Assembly: GCF_037042905.1 (NCBI RefSeq)
Contig: NC_087252.1
Location: 10,604,001 to 10,668,000 of the forward strand
Source: Lytechinus pictus
Taxonomy: Eukaryota
DNA: 64,000 nucleotides
Reading direction: 5' to 3'
In this document: positions 51,701 to 63,700 of the stretch, piece by piece
Numbering within the stretch: position 1 is the stretch's first letter
Layout: each line of letters opens with the position of its first letter
Made by a program: the position numbers and the translations under genes
Notes under the pieces: model-generated
What the model was told of the DNA's origin: nothing
The model's input: only the letters and a program-made list of their open reading frames with translations
Databases searched by the model: none

Positions 51701-54700
51701 TGACATTCTCATTACTCTTCTATACTCTTTACACACTATTTTCCTCTTCTACCCTGTCGAATTAAGCCAAAACTTCGCATTATTAAATGAATATTGAAAG
51801 CATCCAGCACTCACAGCAGTATTGAAATGTGCCTCCAATATCTCGAGCATAGCATCCTCTATGCCAGTAATGTCTATTCACTGAAGACAGTAACGGAAAT
51901 TTATTTTAAAAATATTATATTTCTATCGCTATTACTATGCTTCCAAGGCATAGATGGCAGAATCAACTAAATAAATTGATACAGATTATAAAGTAACCTC
52001 TAGGAAACAAACTGATGGTATCTTTTATCTTTAACCTTTCTCACACAAATAATTATGTGACATCATTTACATATGATCGGGTTTAAAAGCTTAAATTGAA
52101 ATAATATGCACCTAATTATACTTTTCGAATGACCGTCAAATAAACATTACAAAATAGAAATTAAAAGAAAAGATGTAATCAATGAGCAGGTATTCATGAG
52201 GCGAAAAATTCATGAAAGAGCGTGAAATTTCGAGCGGTTTCGACGTGTCGATAAAAGCAACAGGGGATATTATGCCCGCCTTGCTTAGATATCAGAAATT
52301 TATTGTATCACCTCGACAAACGTTTCCCGAAACATCTTTATTCGTTTCTGCTTACCCGTTTCTGAAAAGTCAATGATCTCCATCTTTTCAAGATCGCTTT
52401 CCAGTTCATTTGGCTTGGTCATTTCTACAACGGTCTGTTTGAGAACTGTAGTAGTATCTTCTTCTGAAAAATAGTGTTAAAGACATCAATATTTTATTCA
52501 ACTTGTAAAAGGGTACTATTGAAGGTAGTTTACATTCTTAGAAAAAAAAATGGAAATGTCTTTTCTCGTATTCGTTTTTTTCATAGCGAGGATTACATAT
52601 TAACATTTGGCCAGGAATGGGCAAATTGCACAGCATTCCTATTTGATTTAACAGTTATATCGCTATGCAGTAACTGATATACTCTGCAAAGTCTTCTTTT
52701 TTTTTAATGTGGAGAAACTTAAATCTCCCCGATGCATTCCACGTATTTGTCAATTGAATACAAAAGCTGTTTTAATACAAGTCTTCAGTTTCGTCGTTTT
52801 ACTCTTTTATCGGTTTAAATTCAATCCAAGCGAGCCCATTAAACAATAAAATTAGCCGTCTTCAATTCCCCCCCATACCTTCTAAATGTTCAGGTTTTTC
52901 CACTGATTGTACAGATTCCCAAACACATTTCAAAGTTTTTATCGCCTTTTCTCCGGGAGGCTGAGATGATTTCCATTTAGAAAGCATCATAATGTTGGTG
53001 TCTCTCCTGTTAGGAAATGTCCGGTGTTTTATGTGTTCAAGCTCTGTTGAAGTGAGACCAAGTTTTATTCCAGTCTCGAAGTACTTCTCTTGTTTTATCT
53101 TTCTGGATAAATGGAGTAGCGTCTTGTCTGGGATTTCAGTGTACACTCTAAAAACAAATCAGTCAAAAATGACTAGTTAATAGGGTCAGCTGTGTGCAAC
53201 TGTTATTCTAGTCATATTTGACTATTTTTTAGTCATATTTTACTAGAACATAGTTATTTCTGACTAGAATATATGTCAGAAATGTGAATATCAGTGATTG
53301 CCATATCAGTTGCTCCCAGCTGACTACTGGTCTAGTCAATTTGACTGATTTGTGTTAAGAGTGTATGATTGTAAGGAAAAAAACGAGGAAATGAATCTTC
53401 ATTTAATGATTTTGTTTTTCATAATGAAAAAGGTTTGCAATTCTCAAATCTCAATGTGTTGATTGACTTTGCTCAAACTTTGTAAGAGAGGATTTTACCC
53501 GTTTTAATCGACTGGAATCGTACAGTCTTAGCAGAATATGATTGAGGATGATGCAGATTATTACAAACAAATTAGAAATCGTAATACATTTGCTCTATGG
53601 CGGCCGTACTGCGAGTCAAAAACAGGCGTTTTAACATTTTTTGTACCATTTACATATAGGTGGTTCGAATAAAAATGAATAAAACGGCTGTTTTTGACTC
53701 GCCGTGCGGCCGCTGTAGAGCAAATGTGACCAATGTATAAATACAAACAAATAATTGGATAAGTTCAGATATAGAAACAGTATAACATATTTACAAACTG
53801 TGAAATGAAGTGCTTACCCCGATGAACTTGCTTGTAATGCACACCGATCTGTTACAGAAAATGAGGAAAGAAAAGTGACAAAAGAAGGGTTTCGGTCAAA
53901 TGATATCTGAATCCATTTTTATGTTTATCTAGCTTCCAAACCGTTTTCATACTTTCCCACAAAGATACACCATCGAGCTATTGCCTTACATTTTTTCCAC
54001 TATTGCCTTCATCCCCAAAGCGCTCACCTATCTCTTCTCGCTTTGCTGTAATATCACCTTTTCTACTCTCTCTCTCTATGTCTTTCTTAAGCACACGCCT
54101 ATAAACTCCATTCTCAGACACTAAACAATAATCCTAAAACACCATTCATATATCTCACAACCAAAATTATACATTCCATCAACGCACGCACATCCGTGCA
54201 TCCATCCACACTCCCCACACCTTCATACCCTACCCACACAGGCAAACTCACTCCATCGCATTTCCCACACCCACATCCTCGTACACAGAACACACGGGGC
54301 AACACATCTTCTCACTTGCACTCGCCCACCTCCTCGTGCACCACCAAAACAAACAGGCCAACACACGCACACTGCCCACACCCACATTCTCGTGCCCTAA
54401 GAACACACAGACCAACACATGCACACACATTGCCCACATACTGGTACCCATGCAGAAGACGCAGGCCAACATATATGTACACACTCTGCCCACAAATCCT
54501 AACACATGTCTTACACCCACATCGTCGTATGTGAACCACCCGGACAGAACACATATGCCAACAAATCCCCGCACATTGAACACACCCCCATCCTCGTGCA
54601 AACTCTCGAACACGCAGCCAAACATATACATGTATACGCACACTGCCACACCCACATGTTCATTATACACCACCGGAACACACCGGCCAACACGAACACC

Positions 54701-57700
54701 AACAGTGTTTCCGTGTTACGCGTGTTTCATTAATATCAACCTTTTCTATGGCTGGACTTGCCCTTAGATTTAAGGTCTGATTCTTTTTTTCAGATACATG
54801 GAACCGTGATCCTCTCCCCCGATCTGTTCTTCAACCCACTTTTACTTGGTTGTATCAAGCGCTAATCTTCTATTTTAGGATTCATACAACTGTTAGCACG
54901 CGGTGCTTCTGCATCCTAGGTATATATCCTCCGACCTCCATCCGAATCAATAACATGTTACCCATCTTAGAGTATGGTTTGGCTGCTGGACATCCAACAA
55001 CCTCAAGACAGGTATACAAGCTTGAGCGTTTTCAGAGTATAGCCACGAGACTTGCCCTAAAACAGCGTTGTGGTGAGATGCTCTATAGGCTCTAACTATT
55101 CACTGGTCCTCGCTTCTCGACGGAATTGTCTCCTATGTCCATTTGCATTTAAGCGTCTTCATGGAATTGCAACTATCTACCCCCGTCATCTTGAAAAAAA
55201 CTTTATTATCGTCATTTGCCCTCCAGAACCGCCCTCCAGTCTATTTCCTTTTCACCCTCTAGACGCCTTCCAAGACTTTGGAACTCTTTCCATTTGAGTA
55301 ATAGATATGATGGTGTCTCAACTTTCTTATTTTTGTTCTTCGTTGAAGAGAGACCTTGAATGTCTTTACTTTCTTGTCATTTTATTTTACCCTTTTTCAC
55401 CTCGTTCTCATTATACTCGTGCAGCCTCAAAACATACAGGCCAACACAAGCATGTGTATCCACGCACACACTTCCCACACCCATAAAAAACATCCACATC
55501 CTCGTGGAACATCCTCGACATACACACACAAAGCACAAACACGTACGTGTATCGATCCTCACACATCCCCCACCCACTAAAAAAGAACACATTCTTATTT
55601 TCGTCTCTATAATCTCCATACCTTCATCCATGGAGTCCAATGATGTCATTATTGAGATTAGTTTCTCCACTGCTGCTTGACCAGAGGCTTGTGTCTGCCG
55701 CCATTTTACTAGTATGTCATAGAAGGCCTGCTGTCTGTCTCCCAAACTTCGGTACTCTATAGCATCCAACTGTGGGATCGGGAAACCGAGAGCTACTCCT
55801 AAATCATAATACTGATTCACTGTCATTTTTTCAGCAATGTCGAGGACATGAACTTCATTGAGGCAACCTTTTGAGACTTCTTCAATAATTCTGAAAGGAT
55901 GGGGTAAAGGTAATAAAAGTGCAGTAATCAAAGTTAGACGATCATTATCCGCTTACGAAGTAAAATTCCAATTCGCTTTATAGTTGACCAAAACGGGAAT
56001 GCAGATATTGCAAAAATAGGACATAACATAGAAAAGTCCACTTTTCAGATAAATATCATGGACAATTACTGCCTCCATCAACATTAACCAAAACTTCACA
56101 ATGACACAATCACACTTGACGCTAATTTCGAAGTTCAAAATAGTACATAGTGTCATCTAAGAAGCCTCTTGCCATATTGACCCTTCCCTACAGCTGCAAC
56201 GTGGTCGCTCTAGTACAAAGCCTAGGAAAATGAATTAACTCAGTAGTTAACGACTTGATATAAAAAAAAGTTGCATCTTACCGTCTAAAAGCAATGGGTT
56301 CCAATTCCTGTTCATCTGTACAAACAAAAACAAAAGAGATAATAAAATCACAGCTGCATTCTGACTGACATGTTTCTTTTAAATCACTGTCATTGACATC
56401 ATGGGGTGAATCAACTGCCACCTTAAGAACATATACAATTCGACCATAATGAGTTTTAAAAAAGATAAATGTCCATGAATAAAGTCTTATAAATGGTTTT
56501 GTATGTGAGTGGTGCATTCAAACTGGGCAGATAATAGCATCTCTTTACAAATCGAATGGACACTACCACGACCATACATACCAGAGCATCTAATGACAAA
56601 ACTGATAGCTACTGAAACATCGACCCGTTTCCCCGTCTGTGTAATGTTGATTGTCACTGGGGGATCCGTGTCATCTTTATGCGAAGGTACGGAGAGAACA
56701 ATTCGGTGTTGCATTCTACTTTGAACGTCTTTGAGTAGGAGTACCTGTCGTCCACAACGCAAGGAGGGGAAAAGGTGAAAATTTTTAATGGCAAGATGAT
56801 AAAGTAATTTCAATGTAATCATAGAGTCAAACAAAGCAGTTACCTTCTTGTCCACTTCCTCATCACCACGATAACATGCTACATTGACATTCCCAGTCTT
56901 GGAGGCAATGCTAATGGGAATGGAGGGATGAGCCTTGTGGTAAGATTGCTTCTTTTCCTCCTTTTGTATTTCCTGTTGAACCAAAATTAAATAGGATGTC
57001 AGAAATTAGATGGAATATAATCGTAATGCTACATTTTAAAGTTTACCAGCATCTCAAGATGAGGCGGAAATTCAGACTCTCTTGCTCAATATGCATACTA
57101 AAAAAATGATAACATATAAAGCTTAAGGAATGTGACAACAAATCAACATAGCAACAAAAACTGAAAATGAATAATCGTAGACAGATAAAACGTGACTAGA
57201 TGTACTGTCCGTTCATCTTTCCCCGGCCGATACGAGATACTTACATTTTAATCAACCATAATTACTGTACAAGGGATTATTCAGTATTCGACGGTTTTCC
57301 GAGTTTTTTCTTGTTCCAGTCATACTAACTACTTCTAATACTAGGATTACTTCTACTTAATATCCGAGATTTATCAGAACAATTCTATATCCTTCAATTG
57401 TCACTGTTTTAATGAACTGTCGTCATCATTGCCATGCTTTGATACGTACCACATCAATTCCAGGAAGGTTGGTATGTAGTCGAAGGTGGACTTTAATCTC
57501 CCTTAGTTCTCTTATTCTATCTGGAATATACGGCGTGCACAAAAGTCGGTGTCTAACCACATTTTGCTCAAGGGGAATTAGAACCAACCAGTTTGCAGAG
57601 TGTAAGATGTACAGCTCAAGATGGCTTTTGCAGACCCTGCAATGTGGTGGTTTGTCGGGAGAGTTGGATGATCTCCTTCGTGAGGTTTTTGGTAGATCTA

Positions 57701-60700
57701 TGTATGATAATAGATTATGGCTTTAAGAGGATGGAACAGAGCCGGGGATGCTTGCTTCTGAATTGGTAATGTTTTTAGAGGAGTTGGTACGTAAAGGCAA
57801 CAGTCAACCACAAACCATTAAGAGGGGAGGGGGTGGAGAAAAGTTATTAGAATTTGGCGTGACATCTTTGGAGGAAGATTTTAAGACAGGCGTTTTCGAC
57901 TTTCACCCGTATTATCAAACTCGACTGCAGACAAAAGATTGAAGACGATTTAAGATTAGAACAAACATGTAATCATCAATAGCTCAACCAATGTCTTACC
58001 TAAATGTTCCCTGGGTTATTTACTGAAGCCAAAAGACGGAAATTTAACCTTTACATCATCCAATAGGCTTACCATTAACTGGATCCCATTCATATGAGAC
58101 GATATCTGGCTTAACTTTATCTGGGTTGGTGACCAGTGCAGCATGAGGTATCCTGATCTTAACAGGTTTCAGGAATATCATGTTTGGAGGATCACATCTG
58201 ACCCCATAGCAGGCCACTGATTCATCATCCTGGATGTCAACACAAGGAGGGTCCCGTAGAAGGGTTAGGGTGATCTCTTGCGATTCACCCAGATGTACAG
58301 CCTCGGGTGGAATGAGCATTGATACGCCATGGTCATCAAGTGAAATCTTCTGAGAGAGATCTTCTTCGACTTTGGCGCAGCTTACAGAAGGTCCCGGTTG
58401 TTTTTCTGTTTTGTTAATAACCATTAAGTCGAAAATATCATTTTGATGAAAATAATTTTGATAATTCAATCAGGCAATATTAATAGTTTGTTGCTCGTAA
58501 CTCTAATGTAACATTTAAAATTAAATTTGCCACGCCCAAGTAAGAAGAAGTGATATTCAAGCCTTCACGGTATTTTTTCCAGGTGCATGATGGATCCCAA
58601 ATCTTCATAAACTTTTCATCATGTTATACGAATCCATTTCGAATTCTTTATCAAGCTTAAAGTCATTAATGTATCATTATTATTTTTCTACTTATTAAAC
58701 ATTGACACACTCTTTATTAATTACGACAAGTAAAGTGCTATCGTGGTTTACATGGAAATATAGCAGTAAAAAACAAACGAAAAAGTTAAAAACACCAAAA
58801 GTCATAAAATAGAGACATCAGAATAATTATTGCAACCTATCTATCTTAACTAATTAATAAAAATAAACTTTGATAATATTGGATCAATCCCCCATTCAAT
58901 TTGTGAAGTAATTTTGTGCGTTACGCACATGCAAGACAGACAGCCGGAATGTGATTGTCATCTATAAACTACCTTTAATAACTAATGAAAAAAAATTGGA
59001 TCAATAAACTAGAATTTGTAAAGTAACGTACATGAATGTCGTTTTTCTGTCCGGAATCTTTGCTGACTTTATCATCACCCCCTCCTATTTAGTTAGGCGT
59101 CAAAGTTATGAAATTCTCAAGCATTTAGGGTTAATAATGTTACAGTGATGATTGTGATCATAGCATTATTGACTAATGAAAATTCTTTATGGGGTTACAG
59201 TAGGCAATTAAACCTACTTCACAGTTTTTTAGAAACGTGAAACATATTAATGTGCAGGAGTTCCTACCTCGGTAAGATTTGATGTCTTCAAGGGAATTCA
59301 ACCTGAAAAAAAAAATCACTTGCCATATTATTGTCAAAAATCATTATTTTGTTTTTTTACAAAGTTCTTTTTGAAAATTGTTCATAGTTATCAAATGCTT
59401 TGTTCATTTCGAGCTTATATTTTTTAACTAAAAATATGCCAACGGTCATTATTTTGATAGAAGAAAGGAGTGCTGTTAATCATTTTGACTTTTATTTTGT
59501 CGTTTCTAGAAATTACAACGGATAATATTTTAGAATTGAAAACAAAACTTTATTCTCTATTTTAGCAAAGAATTAATGGCAGATTTATTTATTTATTTTT
59601 TTGGGGGGAAGAAAGTATAATCACATGGGATTTGATGTAAAATGGTGTCGAAATATGCCTACTTTGAGTCTTTAATGTTCTTCTTCATAATTGTTCTTCA
59701 TTTATATATTTCTGTAAATCATGTATATACCGAATTGTAAATACTGAATAGATAAGGTGACTCAAATAAGGATTAAAGAAAAAATACCTTGTCAATATCA
59801 TCTGTTTGACCACTTCATCCTTGGCATAATGGATTGGTAGCTTGCCTGACTTATCTTCCACATCTATCTTGGCTCCATTTTCAAGAAGATGGAACACTAA
59901 GGCCCTCTTGGGAGAAAGTTCTCCACCGTAAAACTCAGCAGAAATCTGCAACTTTCAAGAAATATGCCTCTTGCTGAAAACTATTAAGAGTGCCCAAGTT
60001 ACAATGTTGACATCCATGTACAAACACTAGCGCTTGTGCAAATTGCCCTGATGTTTTTCAGTAAGAAACGCTTGAGAATGCAAACAAGAGCTGCTCAAAA
60101 TGTCATAGGTAACTTTAATCATGAGACTAGGAATGGCACCACCTAATGAAGAATTTATCTTGGCCAAGTATTGGAAAAAGGCGTGATTATTTTCTAGCCA
60201 CCCTAATGTCATCACGTCTGTGTAACGAAATTGAAATGGTATTCATCTCACGAATTTGATACTAGAAATGCCGGTTCCCTCAAAGTAGTTATACCAAAAT
60301 GTGACAGAATTGTTTTAACAAACGATCAAATATGCCGGTGCGAAAGTCTGGAATGAACTTCCCAATAATTTGCAAAACTCTAATTCCGGAAACAGCTTCA
60401 ATTCGAAAAAAAAAACGTTGTTCCTAAATGCTTAAGCGACCTCCCCCTCGTAAATGAATTTAACGTAACCGTTCTGTTGTTTACTTGTGTAATTTTCATA
60501 TCCTCGTGTTAACATTTCTTTCTTTTGAACTGATTGCAGTTATAATTGTTCGATTGCTTCAATTTCTTAATTTCATTTACGCTTCATTATCTATCAAAGA
60601 TAAGATACAGTCTTGGTTTACACGTATATGTCACATATATGTATTTAGTCTTTTACGAGAAAATATTATGAGTACATAATATTTTTTATACAGGACCAAC

Positions 60701-63700
60701 ATGAGCTTGTTATGTTGTTTTCATATATTTGAATAAATAAAAATATAGTTTGTAAAGTTTTCAAATATATGAAAGGTGCAAAATAATATGAGAATAGCTC
60801 TCATATGCAGGATGAATTGTCTTTGTTATATAACTGCCTTGTTAAACTGTAGAGTACTATGAACACCCTAAAGATCCTCTTCAGACAAACATAACGTTAT
60901 GATTTGTTCAGCAGCGTCAGTGAGATAATGTTTATTGACACTTTCAGCACTAATCATCTTGCACATGGGCCAATTGTAGGCTAAAAATGTTCAGTGTTAC
61001 TCACATTCCTAAGTGTGTCACTATATTGTACACTTCTCTCTGTCCTGTAGCAAAGTTTGATTGCTTCATGAAGACACGTCTGACCGTCTGCTGACTGGAC
61101 ATTAAGATCTGCTCCATGATTGACTAGATCCTCAACATCAGAGGTATGACCGCCTTGTATCGCGTGATGAAAATTACTCCGGGTGACCTGGGCATAGAGA
61201 ATGTTTATCTCATATATAGGAAAAACGAAGACACATTTTTTGGGGGGAAATGTCTACTTTTCCATTATTGTACAAAGTCCACCCAAAAAGATTCTATGAC
61301 TGGAGTAACAATAGTCAACAAATTTATTCAAGCAGCTGTTCATTTCTAAAGAAGCACAAAAGAAAGAACGACAATAAGGACCCTTTTGATGTCCACCTTC
61401 GAAGCCGCCAGTTTCAGTGAAGAAATCCGAGGCGTGAAATTTTACGAATATTCATTTGTATCGATTTTCCATCTTTTCTATTAATAACCAACTGAAATTT
61501 GAATTCATGACAAAACATCAATAACCAAGCACTATTACAACAAGATATTTGCCCACTATTACAACAAGATATTTGCCCAGACTATATCAATTAACCTTTA
61601 ATTGGTGAAAAAAGAAAGAATTTGACCTTTACTGAAACCAGATTTTAACACTTTTCCGATCGCTTGTGGCGAATAAAAAATTCAAATGTGGTCGGTGGAA
61701 TATTGTTGTTCATTACTGTATATGCCAGATGAGTGCCCGCATATGCCCAGTTGAGCAAATTTGAGTCATATTTCAGGACATATTGCATAGTTTATTTTCG
61801 CATGCCTCCGAATTATGTACTACACATATAACCAGACCAAGCTCATGAAGATGCCGCGAAAAAGTAATTATCATCACAAAAGCATATTTCCCTTTATGTA
61901 TGACCTATAGCTGCGAGTCATGCGGGAATCATTTGTCTACATAATTGCAAGAGATGTTGAGCAAAGTGCATGCCTGACATACGTTCTGCTGGCGGCTTTT
62001 AACCTTGTTCAAAGAGATTTTATATGCTGTTACTCCATCTCATTTGAAACCTCCTTGGTCCACCCAAGAAAAATGTTGGTTTCAGTTAATAGAGAGAATA
62101 TCAAACAAACATACATTTAATACTCAAAAGTTCTTCAAAGTCGGATGTAAAATAAGAATGTTATCACATTTAAAATTTTCGCTTTTTCCCTTTTTTTAAT
62201 ACAAAATAAGTTATGCCTAACTCAATAATATCAAAATGAAAAAAAAAATAAATGGCATCCCTCATTTTGATATTCATTGATTTAGTAATGGAATATTCCA
62301 TTTTTCATTACAGATTTGACAATAAGGACAAAATTTACTAAACAATAGACTACTAAAAATTGTTAATTTAACATGTTCAGGGAGCTTTTTTCACATGACA
62401 ATGAGGAGAAAATTAAAGTATCACATATATTTTATCATACCATTGAAGATACGATAAGGGGAAGATTTGGACACTTCGGTGAATTTTTCAAAACGCTCTA
62501 GTAATGCTCATGGGGAAGGACGCCCAATAGCGCTGAGTAGGTAAATATTTCGCACATCGGCACGCTACTGTGTATGAAACATATGGGGAAAATGAGAGAA
62601 TTTGGAGAAGGCACAAGGGCTACGCATGTGGACAATTTCACCTCTTATTACCCAGAAACCTTTGAAATATATTCATCTCTACTTTAAGATTTAACAAAAA
62701 CTGAAGGAAAAAAAATCCTGAAATGTAAATATCGTCTATTCCTTCTCCGTTTCACTATTTCTGTCATATGTTTTTCACATAATAATATCGCGATACGGAA
62801 AGGTAAAAAAAATGGTCGTTATATATATTTAACGCTGTATGGCACTCTTTCCGAGTGTTTCATTGCGCGCTCTTTGTACGGTCTGATCTTTCCCTTGTAT
62901 TATATTTGAACATAATAGATCGAAAAGTGACTGGGTGAAATTTCAGTTCCCTCATATGCATACCGACCAGGATGTAAATAAATTATGCGAATCTTTTGAA
63001 TGCCATAACTTATTCCTATTTATATTACATTTTGATGAAATTCTAAGTGGTATACTTGTTTGATTTGAATCTTTATTAAAATCAAATTTTGTTGTGGTAG
63101 ACTTGGACGAGAAAATTGTACTGAGGCACATATTTTGTGCTTGAAGTTTTGTTTGAACTTTCATCTGATGTTTGATGTATTATTGTATTGTATTATTGAA
63201 GTGTTATTAATATAAAGATCTTACCTCGGACGTGGAACATGTGACTAAACTCTCAGCGATATTTTGGAACCCAGGCAGCAAAGTGGGCTCTAGATGAATC
63301 GTTCCGTGGATTTCGTCTACCTCAGGACGTGCTCTTGGTGACTGGAGATCAGCAACGATATCACGGCGATCATCCTGAACGGTAGAGATTACTGTAGCAC
63401 CGCCATAAGCCATCCATTTGTCTGTTTTCGCTCCTCGACTTATCAAGTATTCCATAACTTCAACATGACTATTCTGGTCAGTAAATCGCAATGCAGTCTG
63501 ACCATCATTATCTTCTCTGTTCACGTCAGCTCCTCGACTAATGAGATATTTGGAAACATGAAGATGACCATTCTGAGCTGCAAGGTGTAATGCAGTCAAA
63601 TCAGTATTATCCCCTCTATTCACTTCAGCTCCTTGACTGGCGAGATATTTGGCTACATCAAGACGATCAATCTTAGCGGCTATATGTAATGCAGTCCTAC

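Noticed and set aside
54114..54767. Cluster of overlapping 63-143 aa ORFs
   Set aside because: Products of CA-rich low-complexity sequence open in many frames; no domain or splice support.
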